A stretch of DNA of 64,000 nt from an uncultured archaeon (GTDB lineage Archaea > Asgardarchaeota > Lokiarchaeia > Sigyniarchaeales > SOKP01), in assembly GCA_964486045.1 (NCBI GenBank), contig CAZALK010000006.1:32001-96000 (forward strand). Direction: 5' to 3'. The notes under the pieces were generated by a model. It saw only the letters and a list, made by a program, of their open reading frames with translations, was not told where the DNA came from and searched no databases. The position numbers and the translations under genes are program-made. Positions 1-9,431 of the stretch are shown here, piece after piece (position 1 is the first letter of the stretch; each line of letters opens with the position of its first letter).

Positions 1-777
1 GTACCCTCAGCTATTCCGGGAAGATATATTTTAGCGAACGAGCAAAATATGGGTGGTGGAGCGTTGTCTTTTCTTAGGGATAAGATACTCTACCATAAAG
101 ATGAACTTCTAAAAGAAGAGGCAGTTCCAGATGTATATAAAATATTTGATAGAATTGTGGAAACAATCCCGGCTGGTTCTAACAATTTAATTTTCACTCC
201 TTGGTTAATAGGGGAGAGGGCTCCAGAAGATGATCATACGATTCGAGGGGGGTTGTATAATATCTCCCTAGAAATGTCTCGAGAACACCTAATTAGAGCT
301 ATATTCGAAGGGGTTGCTTATAATGTTAAGTGGCTCTTTACATATGTCGAGAAATTCATCCAGAAAGGGAAAATGAAAGCCAATCCTGGAATGACAAAAA
401 ACGACATTGTTATGCCCGAGATTAATATTATTGGAGGGGGTGCTCAAAGTAAAGTATGGTGTCAAATATTCGCAGATGTTTTAAACAGAAAAATTAGACA
501 AGTAAAGGATCCAATTCAAGCAAATGCTCGAGGTGCTGCTTTTATCGCATCTGTAGGACTTGGATATATTAAATGGGATGAAATTCCTAAATATATTGAA
601 ATTTCAAATACTTTCACACCAAATCCAGAAAACAGACATGTTTATGATAGACTCTTCAAAGAATATCTAAACATCTATAAGATAATGAGAAAAACTTATA
701 ATCGTCTAAATAGGCAAGATTCCATATTTTCTGCTAAACATGAAAAAAAATTAAGAGAGATCCCATTAAAGGGATAA
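1..777 (+). CDS. FGGY-family carbohydrate kinase (xylulokinase-like), C-terminal part; 5' end lies outside the window
   Basis: Frame is open from base 1 (VPSAIPGRY...). Motifs PWLIGERAP, RAIFEGVAY, IIGGGAQSKVWCQIFADVL, ARGAA. Confidence 0.85.
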   Translation, partial: VPSAIPGRYILANEQNMGGGALSFLRDKILYHKDELLKEEAVPDVYKIFDRIVETIPAGSNNLIFTPWLIGERAPEDDHTIRGGLYNISLEMSREHLIRAIFEGVAYNVKWLFTYVEKFIQKGKMKANPGMTKNDIVMPEINIIGGGAQSKVWCQIFADVLNRKIRQVKDPIQANARGAAFIASVGLGYIKWDEIPKYIEISNTFTPNPENRHVYDRLFKEYLNIYKIMRKTYNRLNRQDSIFSAKHEKKLREIPLKG

Positions 778-789
778 ATAAGATAATTT

Positions 790-1893
790 TTATTTTATAT
801 TTGCCGCAACGCTTTTTATTGATAATTCTGCATCAGAGACAATATCATTGATTATATCAGACACACTTTCAATGCTATCAATTACGCCAATACTCTGACC
901 TAAAAGTACTGCCCCTGATTTCACATCTCCTCTATACGCGGCCATATACGCATTAGCTGATGCAATAAACTCTTTGATCATATCTTCGCGAGACATACTG
1001 GTAAGTTTTTGTTCTTCAGCTATTTTTGCCTGTTTATCTGAAACAAGTCCATGATGAAGACTATACTCATTCTTCCATAAGCGTATAGGTCCTAAAGCAC
1101 CTGTGACTAATATTGTATCCGAAGCCTTAGAAGGTGGTACAACTCCTTTATAACTTTCATGGAATTCAGCATCTTTGCTTGCAATAAAACGTGAGCCCAT
1201 TGCAATACCCCCGGCACCCAAACTCAATGCAGCAGCTAATCCTGCACCAGTAGCAAATCCCCCACAAGCAATTACTGGAAAATCAGGATGTTTCTTATGG
1301 ACTTGTTGAAGTAAAACTAATGTGCTTACTTTCTCATATGATTGATGTCCTCCACCTTCACCACCAGTTACAACCATTCCATCTACTCCAGATGCAACAC
1401 ATTTATCCGCTAACCATGAAGCGGGAGCAACATGAAAGTGTTTAATTTCTGATTTCTTTTTTAATTCTTGGAATGATTTACTTGCAGGTAATGTCTTAGA
1501 TGAACCGGCACTTGTCAGAGCATAGATACACTGGTCTCTTATTCTTTGATTCTCCATTATAAACTTCGGAATTTCAGTGCACAACTTACCTGCCTGGATT
1601 TCATTTCTGGAAGTTCTTATATTAAATCCAAATGGTTTATCAGTGTGTTCTACAACAAATTTCATGTTTTCTTTCATGGCTTCTACAGCGTCAGCACCTA
1701 ACCTTGCTGAGCTTGTTGTAGGTTCAGTACCAATATTAGAACCACGTTTTATAGAGGTGTGGGATAGAACACCTAATCCACCTGCTTCACTAACTGCTAC
1801 ACAAAGGTCTGTAGTGTAAAATGGCCCCATCGCCGCAGAAAAAATCGGGTGTTTGATACCAAACATTTTGGTAATATTTGTTTCTATTGTCAT
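790..1893 (-). CDS. Nitronate monooxygenase / FabK-like FMN oxidoreductase
   Basis: HPIFSAAMG, VSEAGGLGVL, GGEGGGH, VIACGGFATG, MGSRFIAS, GQSIG. Confidence 0.85.
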   Translation of the reverse strand: MTIETNITKMFGIKHPIFSAAMGPFYTTDLCVAVSEAGGLGVLSHTSIKRGSNIGTEPTTSSARLGADAVEAMKENMKFVVEHTDKPFGFNIRTSRNEIQAGKLCTEIPKFIMENQRIRDQCIYALTSAGSSKTLPASKSFQELKKKSEIKHFHVAPASWLADKCVASGVDGMVVTGGEGGGHQSYEKVSTLVLLQQVHKKHPDFPVIACGGFATGAGLAAALSLGAGGIAMGSRFIASKDAEFHESYKGVVPPSKASDTILVTGALGPIRLWKNEYSLHHGLVSDKQAKIAEEQKLTSMSREDMIKEFIASANAYMAAYRGDVKSGAVLLGQSIGVIDSIESVSDIINDIVSDAELSIKSVAANIK

Positions 1894-2007
1894 TTAATCA
1901 CATTTAATTATTTTCTTCTTTTAAAATTGTTTTAACTGTTTTAATTACGGTAAAATTTTGTTAATTATAATCTTTACTATTCAAATGCTTGACTATTAAC
2001 TAAATAA

Positions 2008-2481
2008 GAATTCTCAGAATCCCTTCAAACAAAGTTTAAGAAAGTTCTCCCTCACACAGCAAGTTGGAGTAATCCAATAGATATAACCTTTGACATGAAC
2101 ATCTTTAATCTATACATAAACTTTCCAAAAATGTTAATGAAATCGGGGGAAATCGATATCATAATAATATATGGTGCTATGGGATTCGGAGATATGGCAT
2201 CATCGGAACAACAAAATACGCGAATTTCTCAATATATTGAAATGAATGAAGAAATGAGAGAAAGAGTGGGGGAGATGGATAAATTTCTTATACCGCCCAC
2301 AATTCAAGCATCCCACAAGTATTCCGTTCCTGTAATATATATTAATCCTCAAAGTTATGCAAATGAGTGGTCAAAAAGAATACGAGGACATGGGGGAATT
2401 GTCTTTCAATTTTGGGACCGTCCGGTTAACGCTTTAGCAAAAATATGTGATTATTCTGAATATCGTAGAAGATTCGAATAA
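2008..2481 (+). pseudogene. 5'-truncated remnant of an NDP-forming acyl-CoA synthetase alpha subunit (C-terminal domain only)
   Basis: Frame is open from 2008, after TAA at 2005-2007: EFSESLQTKFKKVLPHTASWSNPIDITFD, the LP..AS..NPVD motif. The motif lies upstream of the first ATG (2095), and there is no N-terminal CoA-binding domain. Confidence 0.65.
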
Positions 2482-2532
2482 TAAAAGTAAAAAAAAATAT
2501 GATCTTACTTTTCTAGGTAATTATAATGTTAA

Positions 2533-3084
2533 TCAGAATCGACGGCGACTTTTTTTTTGATTTTCTTCTTTTTCATGGTGGATCATGATAACAATTCCTA
2601 ATATTAGCATTGCAGACCCGTCATCTAAATCAGGAGACATTTTAATTCCATAAGTTCCTTTAAGAATGCTTTTAAATAATTTTTTATGAATTTCTGCGAC
2701 TACCTTTTTATTTTTGATAACCTTGAATTTCAATGTCCAAATATTACCCTTCATTGTAAAAACTTTTTCTTCATTTGGATCTTCGAACCAATACTTAGGT
2801 TTTACGGATATAAGTTTTTGCTTCATTTTCCCTATGAATTTATCATCATCTTGCTCACCACCTAAGTAGAATTTATAAGCTGAGCGTAAAGAAATTATTT
2901 TTTCATGAATAGTTAAGATAGGGGTCTCATCAAGTTCTCTGATTCGGTAGGTATTACCGATTTTTATCAATTTACCTCTAAAAGTGCCAATAACTTCTCC
3001 ATCAGTATTCATTATATTTCCTTTATCCGTCAAAGATATCATTTTCTCTTGAAGGATAAAATCTCGAGTTTTTTGTAGTGACAT
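2533..3084 (-). CDS. LURP-one / scramblase-like (Tubby C-terminal-like) protein
   Basis: Repeated beta-hairpin units QEKMISLTD / HEKIISLRS / KQKLISVKPKY, MKGNIW..KF, VAEIHKK, terminal hydrophobic helix. Confidence 0.7.
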   Translation of the reverse strand: MSLQKTRDFILQEKMISLTDKGNIMNTDGEVIGTFRGKLIKIGNTYRIRELDETPILTIHEKIISLRSAYKFYLGGEQDDDKFIGKMKQKLISVKPKYWFEDPNEEKVFTMKGNIWTLKFKVIKNKKVVAEIHKKLFKSILKGTYGIKMSPDLDDGSAMLILGIVIMIHHEKEENQKKSRRRF

Positions 3085-3267
3085 TTTTTTAATGTATTTA
3101 TCTATTTGTTTGATAGTCTTTATTATTACTAACTATATTTTTGCTTATTAAATATTTACTTAAACTGAGAAATTAAAAGGTTTATATTTTTTAATATTGG
3201 ACTCCAAAAGTTAAATATAAGAATAAAATATATAGTAAATCAAGTAAAAACAAAAACAAAAAAAATT

Positions 3268-3645
3268 ATGTCTTTACTTTATAACTCAGAGGGATATTTT
3301 TGCGAAGGAGAACCAGGTCGTAATTGGCAATTTGATATGACATCTGGAGAAATAATTTTGACGGATGAAAAATTATCTCTAGTAAAAAAATCTGATATAA
3401 GTCTGACTGAAATTGGCACTTCGGTAGATAAATTCCGTGAAGATTTTAAGATACCTTTAACTAAAATAGAAAAAGCCTATAGCAATAATAATGGAAAAAT
3501 ACACTTCGTTGTCGTTGAAACAAAAGATAATTATAAATTTACTCTTACAATGGCAAATGAAGAGAACTATGGTAAGAAAAAAAGTATTGCATTAAGTGAA
3601 TTAATCACTGTCTCAGTTTTAAAAAATAAAATAGATAAGAAATAA
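3268..3645 (+). CDS. Hypothetical protein, PH/GRAM-like fold
   Basis: SGEIILTDEKLSL ... FKIPLTKIEK pattern and C-terminal helix. Confidence 0.45.
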   Translation: MSLLYNSEGYFCEGEPGRNWQFDMTSGEIILTDEKLSLVKKSDISLTEIGTSVDKFREDFKIPLTKIEKAYSNNNGKIHFVVVETKDNYKFTLTMANEENYGKKKSIALSELITVSVLKNKIDKK

Positions 3646-3660
3646 AAAAAATAAAAATAA

Positions 3661-5514
3661 TTATCCTTTAATAGGCTTTCCTTGTTCGGCTTTAGCTTTA
3701 TCTTTCTCTTGAAGTTCACGCCTTTGAACTTTTCCCGTCATACTAACTGGCATTTTACGAATAACTTCAATTAAGCGAGGAGATTTCCACTTAGCCATGT
3801 TTTCTAAGCACCATGCTTTAATCTCTTCTATCATTATGTTCTTACCGACCTTAAACCCTTTTTTTAAAACGACCCACGCTTTGACTTTTTCACCAGTGTT
3901 TTCATCAGGTAAGCTAGCAACTGCAACTTCATCTATAGCCTCATGATGTCCCATCAAATCTTCAACCTCTTTAGGAAACACTGAATGACCAGAAACTTTA
4001 ATAAGCGATTTCTTACGATCTCGTATTTCAACCCATCCATGTTCATCCATAAAACCAATATCACCAGTCAGGAGCCATCTTTTTCCGTCCCACATTTTTA
4101 AATTATCTTCTTGTTCTGCTTGCTTTCCTAGATATCCCAACATTACATGAGGACCAGCGATGCATATTTCACCTGTATTTTCAACGCCAAAACCACCTTT
4201 CTCTTTTGTACCGTCACAGATAGGTCCCGCTTCAAAATTTTCCGAATCAAATATAGCCCAGTTTGCACCAGGCATAGGCAGACCTAATTTTCCCGTTTTA
4301 GTATCACCCCAAAAAGGTGCTACACTATGAATTGGAGAAGTTTCAGTTAAGCCATAACCTACTCTTATTGGACAAAAGATTTCTTCAAATGGAACGCGTA
4401 CATGGTCATGTAATGGCCCTGCCCCAGAAGTAGCATACTTTAATTTTTTCCAAAAGTCGTACTTAGACTTAAATTCGTCAACACCCATGGTTTGAACGAA
4501 ATCTGTCAATCTTTTAAATAGCATCTCCACCCCGGTATACATAATTCCTTCGGGAGGATTTAACTTATTTATTGTTTCGCAGAGGACATCATCAGTGGGA
4601 GGCCTTGGGAAGAGGAGCATCTGCATTCCTAACGCCAAACTCGCCGACATGACACAAGTCATCCCAAAACTGTGGAAAAATGGAATACTTCCAATAGTTA
4701 ACATCCCAGGTCTAAGATTAGTCCATGGCTTTATCATGTTTAAATTTAATACTAGATTCGCGTGTGAAAGCATAGCTGCTTTTGGCAAACCTGTAGTCCC
4801 TCCGGTCATAAGGTACACTGCAGGAGTTTTCCAAGGATCTATATCTAGTTCAATTTCTTCTGGTTCGGTCTCTTTAATTATTTTCTCCATCCAAATAACT
4901 TTATAATCATCCGTTTCATCCGGAAGTTTGCCTTTTGCACTTGGAATTCCTAAGGCTTGAATTGTTTCGTCATCAGCAGTTAGAAAATCTACGAAATTAG
5001 TTGGGATAACAAATTTTACGCTTGTTTTTGGAAGAACATCTTTAGGTCCAGCAATGTAAAGCATATCCATCATGACAAACACTTTAGCATTAGTCATTGT
5101 TAATGAATGTAACAGTTCCATGGGGCGATACGTTGGATTAATCCCTTGTACAATTGCTCCTATATATTGACAACCCATATAGGCTACAACAAAGTTTATT
5201 GAATTTGGAAGATCGATTGCTACAACATCCCCTTGTTGTATACCTAGCTCTTTCCTGAGATATGTTCCAAATTTTTTTGCATAATCGAATAAAGTTTTAA
5301 GTTTTACTCTTTCCATGTGTGGTCCATAAACAAAAACGCAAATATCAGCTTCCCAAATATCATATAATTCGACAGCCTTTTCAAAACTCTTCCAGATTGA
5401 TGAGACTTCAACATTCTCAACATCTTTTAATTGCTTTGGAACACCTTCCGGCCAGTAACCACCTGTAAACCAAACTTTATTCTCATCTACTACAAAATCA
5501 TCTAAACTCGGCAT
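3661..5514 (-). CDS. Long-chain-fatty-acid--CoA ligase (AMP-binding)
   Basis: MTGGTTGLPK, GYGLTET, TGDIG, DRKKSLIKVSG, GKVQRR. Confidence 0.92.
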   Translation of the reverse strand: MPSLDDFVVDENKVWFTGGYWPEGVPKQLKDVENVEVSSIWKSFEKAVELYDIWEADICVFVYGPHMERVKLKTLFDYAKKFGTYLRKELGIQQGDVVAIDLPNSINFVVAYMGCQYIGAIVQGINPTYRPMELLHSLTMTNAKVFVMMDMLYIAGPKDVLPKTSVKFVIPTNFVDFLTADDETIQALGIPSAKGKLPDETDDYKVIWMEKIIKETEPEEIELDIDPWKTPAVYLMTGGTTGLPKAAMLSHANLVLNLNMIKPWTNLRPGMLTIGSIPFFHSFGMTCVMSASLALGMQMLLFPRPPTDDVLCETINKLNPPEGIMYTGVEMLFKRLTDFVQTMGVDEFKSKYDFWKKLKYATSGAGPLHDHVRVPFEEIFCPIRVGYGLTETSPIHSVAPFWGDTKTGKLGLPMPGANWAIFDSENFEAGPICDGTKEKGGFGVENTGEICIAGPHVMLGYLGKQAEQEDNLKMWDGKRWLLTGDIGFMDEHGWVEIRDRKKSLIKVSGHSVFPKEVEDLMGHHEAIDEVAVASLPDENTGEKVKAWVVLKKGFKVGKNIMIEEIKAWCLENMAKWKSPRLIEVIRKMPVSMTGKVQRRELQEKDKAKAEQGKPIKG

Positions 5515-5608
5515 ATTTTTTCACTATTTTCATATAGTTTTTTTTTTCTATAAAATAATTATTATAATATTGATTGATATACAATCTTATAATAATTTAT
5601 CTCGATTC

Positions 5609-5632
5609 AGATTTGTGTAATGAGACAAATCT
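5609..5632. promoter_or_regulatory. Perfect 8-bp inverted repeat AGATTTGT-N8-ACAAATCT (operator or hairpin)
   Basis: Lies between the 3' end of the 395-aa gene and the start of the acyl-CoA ligase gene. Confidence 0.35.
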
Positions 5633-5699
5633 AAATTTTGACTTGGAAAAGGTGCAAAAAGAATGGTGAAAAGATAATTGGTAAAGAATTTATTTCTTT

Positions 5700-6887
5700 T
5701 TAAGAAATTTGAGTTCTGTCTTTAAACCTTTTGCGTCTTTTAACAAAATAGTAGACGTTGATTCCAATTAAAATCCCAACAACGACCCATTGAGGAGGTG
5801 GCCAACTAGTTAGCAAAGAAATACCAAGTAAAGTTAGCAGGAGATTACTGGTAATTTCTTTGAAGAATTCTCCTTTTTCCAGTGATTCTTCTAATCTTTC
5901 TTGAATAATTCTATCAGTGTCGATGTCCTGTTTATATTCTTCAACGAGTTTTCTTAAATCATCATCTTCTTCCATATAATTCATAGATTTGGTTGAATTA
6001 ATAATCCAGTCGTTTAGTATTGAGAGAGAAATAAAGGCTTTTGTTTGGAATTCAAGTGCTTCTGAAATGAAATTATAATGGGATTTCAAATCAAAGTTTT
6101 CTTCCTTGTCCCCATTTATGATTAAGGAGTGTTTTCCGTAAAATAATTTTCCTTTAAAATCTTTAGGAAAATCATAGAAAATTCTTAAGGCATTTGAATA
6201 TTTAGTCTCATAGAATACACCCTGTTTTTTCGATCTAAAGATAGGAACAACAGGGAAAAAATCTGATTTTATAGGAAAGCAAATTTGTAGCACTTCTGAG
6301 TATCTAAAATTAAGTTTAATTAATTCTGTTAAAATCCCCCTTCCAAATTGCACAAGTGTATAGAAAGTTCTATCAAAATTCTCATTTGATGTTTTACATT
6401 TCAAAATAAACTTATCTTCATCAAAATATCCAGTTATTTCTTTCTCATCAACGGTAAAGTTTAAAGTTTTTTCAAATTTTTTATCTACTTTAATTTTAAA
6501 ACCTAAAATCTCCGCTAATGGGAAACAACTCATTAAAAAATGATGTGTGTTTGTATTCGAACCAGGGATTTTAAAAATAAGATATATTTCATCATTACCA
6601 CTAGGGATATTATAATTCTTCCAATCAAATTTTACTTCGCTACCCTTACGGCTTATCATCTTTTTCTTCTCATCAATATAATAAGCGTGAGCACCATTTA
6701 TTATAGAAAATTTTATTTTCTTCTCAAATCGTAATTTCTTTAAGGTTTTACCTATTTTTGGTATTTCTGCGAAAATTTGATTAGAAGAGAGATTTAATCT
6801 GAATTCATAATCTTTTATTCCAGAAGCTATTAAAAGATTTGTAAGAGTTAATTTAGAATCAACTTTGTTTTTTAAGAGGATTTTCAA
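5700..6887 (-). CDS. Hypothetical protein with two C-terminal TM helices
   Basis: Long ORF: soluble N-terminal part, helical stalk, then LLLTLLGISLL / WVVVGILIGINVYYF and a basic tail. Start uncertain (TTG). Confidence 0.6.
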   Translation of the reverse strand: MKILLKNKVDSKLTLTNLLIASGIKDYEFRLNLSSNQIFAEIPKIGKTLKKLRFEKKIKFSIINGAHAYYIDEKKKMISRKGSEVKFDWKNYNIPSGNDEIYLIFKIPGSNTNTHHFLMSCFPLAEILGFKIKVDKKFEKTLNFTVDEKEITGYFDEDKFILKCKTSNENFDRTFYTLVQFGRGILTELIKLNFRYSEVLQICFPIKSDFFPVVPIFRSKKQGVFYETKYSNALRIFYDFPKDFKGKLFYGKHSLIINGDKEENFDLKSHYNFISEALEFQTKAFISLSILNDWIINSTKSMNYMEEDDDLRKLVEEYKQDIDTDRIIQERLEESLEKGEFFKEITSNLLLTLLGISLLTSWPPPQWVVVGILIGINVYYFVKRRKRFKDRTQIS

Positions 6888-6993
6888 AGATTTGTTTTTC
6901 TAAAAAATCTTCTGCTTTTATCTCCTTACCTTCTTCATCTTCTTCGAATTCTTGTTCCACTATATACTTATTTTTTGAGACTTTTCTATTCAT
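6859..6993 (-). CDS. Small acidic ORF (44 aa) or frameshifted N-terminus of the 395-aa gene
   Basis: ATG at 6993, MNRKVSKNKYIVEQEFEEDEEGKEIKAEDFLEKQIFENPLKKQS*. Overlaps the next ORF by 29 nt in another frame. Confidence 0.35.
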   Translation of the reverse strand: MNRKVSKNKYIVEQEFEEDEEGKEIKAEDFLEKQIFENPLKKQS

Positions 6994-7131
6994 TTTAATC
7001 ACTCGAGAATTATCAAAACAACTTTATTTAATTTTTACAATTTTTAATTATTATTTCTTTTTAAAGTGATGGTTGATTTAAAAGAATATTATAATTCAAA
7101 ATACTATCAAAAAGTAGTATGAGCAAGGTTT

Positions 7132-7989
7132 ATGAGTTTTAAAAAGAAGATAGCAGAAAAGTTAAAAGATGTTTTCACTGAGGAAGAACTTTCAATTCTT
7201 CCACGCGGTTTCCAAACTTTAGGAAATCTTATTATTCTGAAATTAAATCCAAAATTATCAGAAAAAAACAAAGTTATTGGTCAAGCTTATTTAGATCTAC
7301 TTCCTAAAATTAGGAGTGTATATTTAAACAAAGGTCGTATTATTGGATCATTCAGAGAACCAGAGAATATTGAATTTCTCGTTGGGGAGGATAATCCCTT
7401 TGTAGAACATAAGGAACACGGAGTAAGATATCGATTTGATATAACAAAAATTATGTTTAGCCAAGGAAATCTTAATGAAAGAAGGTTATTAGCAACCTTT
7501 GTTAAGAAAGGCGAGGTTATCGTGGACATGTTTGCGGGGATGGGTTATTTTTCATTACCTATAGCAAAACATTCTGAAGCAGAGCAAATCTATAGCATTG
7601 AACTTAATCCTACATCATACAGAACATTACTCGAAAATATAAAAATCAATCATTTTGAGGAGAAAATAATAGCAATTAATGGGGATTCTAAACAAGAAGT
7701 TTTAGAGTTAAGTAACTCTGGTATTAAGGCTGATCGTGTGATTATGGGCGTCTTTCCTGCCCCAAAAGATTATGTTAAAGAGGCACTAAGCCTAAATAAA
7801 GAAGAAGGCACAATATACCATTATGAGGGTGTGGTCGAGAAAGATGCTTATATGTCTCTTTTTAAAGAATTTGAGGAAATTTGTCAAAAAGAACAGTTTA
7901 ATTGTACTCTAGAATCACATAGATTTGTAAAAAGCTATGGTCCAAATTTATATCATACTGTATTAGATATCTTTGTGAAAAAAAATTAG
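7132..7989 (+). CDS. Trm5/Taw2(TYW2)-family tRNA-modifying SAM-dependent transferase
   Basis: HKEHGVRY..D..KIMFSQGN..ER, VDMFAGMGYFSLP, ELNP, ADRVIMG, VKSYGP. Confidence 0.85.
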   Translation: MSFKKKIAEKLKDVFTEEELSILPRGFQTLGNLIILKLNPKLSEKNKVIGQAYLDLLPKIRSVYLNKGRIIGSFREPENIEFLVGEDNPFVEHKEHGVRYRFDITKIMFSQGNLNERRLLATFVKKGEVIVDMFAGMGYFSLPIAKHSEAEQIYSIELNPTSYRTLLENIKINHFEEKIIAINGDSKQEVLELSNSGIKADRVIMGVFPAPKDYVKEALSLNKEEGTIYHYEGVVEKDAYMSLFKEFEEICQKEQFNCTLESHRFVKSYGPNLYHTVLDIFVKKN

Positions 7990-8083
7990 ATAATTTTATT
8001 TATGGAATAAGAGAAATATATCTTATAAGGGATATAAAAAGAGATTTTTTCTTTGTATTTAACTTCAAAATGAAAATGAATGA

Positions 8084-9346
8084 GTGAATTTGCCAGATAA
8101 AGCTATTATTGGTCTTGATTATGGCCATAGCAACATTTTAACGCTAGAAGCATCTAGCTTTGGTGAATTTACACAATTTCTATTTACTTCTGGTTATTCA
8201 ATTGTTAAAATTGATTCTGGCTTTAACTCTTTAAGTGATTTAAAAAGATTTAAGGCCATTATCCTTTCAACACCAAAAAATGTGAGTTTGAACCCGAAGG
8301 AAATTGAGACGTTAGTGAGTTATGTGAAAAATGGTGGTAATCTTTTAATAACAAGTTCTAGTGGAGGAGACCACTCTAATAAAACCAATTTAAATGATTT
8401 GACAAGGAATTTTGGATTTGAATTTGTACCAGATGAGATAAACGATTCTGTGAGTTATGTTAACCTTCAAAAAAGACCTCTTATATCAAGATTTAAACCA
8501 CACATAATAACTGAACAAATAAAGAAAATAGTATTTTCAAGCACATGCTCTACCCGGGTGTTAGATTTTTTTGATGAAGATAAAAATATAAAAATCTTTA
8601 GGTTATTGCTCTCTGGGTTAAATAGTTGGCATAAAATTTATGATGGAAGTGAATGGGTTGAAGAAGATTCACCTAAAATCCCAATGCTGGTAGCTGTGGA
8701 ATATTATTCAGGAAGAGTAGTTGGATTTGGTAATGTCAGTATCTTTTCTTCTCTCACAAGAGAATATGGATTTACTGCTTTTGATAATGATCTATTAATT
8801 GCGAATACATTGAATTGGTTAACAACCGGAATCGAAACTGAAGGAAAGCCCGTAACAATGGAAATAAACTTAGAATTGTACTATTGGTTAGAGAATATAG
8901 TTAAAAATGAAAAATGGAATAGTTTTTCGGACCTTATCAATGTTAGTTTAAAATATTTCAAAGACAATTATCAGGAAATAATAGAAGGGATAAAGAAAAC
9001 CCAAGAAGAGAAATTAAAAAGAAGAAAAGCGTATGAAAAGTCAAAAAAAGATGTAAAAAAAGATTCTTCTGAAGAAAAAATTCTTGAGAAAGTTCCAGTA
9101 CTTGAACGAAAAAAGGAAGATCTTGAGGATATTATGAGTGCACTAGAAGAAATTACAGGAGAGCGTTATGAATTATCAATAGATCTTGAGGAAAAAGAGG
9201 AAGAAACAGATATGTCAACACAATCTTTAAATTATAACAAGAAAGATATAGAAGAATTTGAAAAAGGGTATCCAAAAAAAGCAATTTGGCACGGAGCACC
9301 AACTAAAGCCTTTAAAAACTGGTTAAAAAAAAAGGATAACAGTTAG
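8084..9346 (+). CDS. GldG/IFT52(GIFT)/DUF4350-like domain protein with RHH-like segment and charged C-terminus
   Basis: DYGHSN, IILSTP, EI..L..YV.NGGNLL, NLN.L...FG.EF, GRVVGFG, DN..LI.N.LNWL. Confidence 0.55.
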   Translation: MNLPDKAIIGLDYGHSNILTLEASSFGEFTQFLFTSGYSIVKIDSGFNSLSDLKRFKAIILSTPKNVSLNPKEIETLVSYVKNGGNLLITSSSGGDHSNKTNLNDLTRNFGFEFVPDEINDSVSYVNLQKRPLISRFKPHIITEQIKKIVFSSTCSTRVLDFFDEDKNIKIFRLLLSGLNSWHKIYDGSEWVEEDSPKIPMLVAVEYYSGRVVGFGNVSIFSSLTREYGFTAFDNDLLIANTLNWLTTGIETEGKPVTMEINLELYYWLENIVKNEKWNSFSDLINVSLKYFKDNYQEIIEGIKKTQEEKLKRRKAYEKSKKDVKKDSSEEKILEKVPVLERKKEDLEDIMSALEEITGERYELSIDLEEKEEETDMSTQSLNYNKKDIEEFEKGYPKKAIWHGAPTKAFKNWLKKKDNS

Positions 9347-9431
9347 ATTGATGGTTTTTTTATTAATACTATCCAAAAAATAGAAATTCTACTCAGAATT
9401 CTTAATTTTAAAGATTTTTTTATTCTTACTT

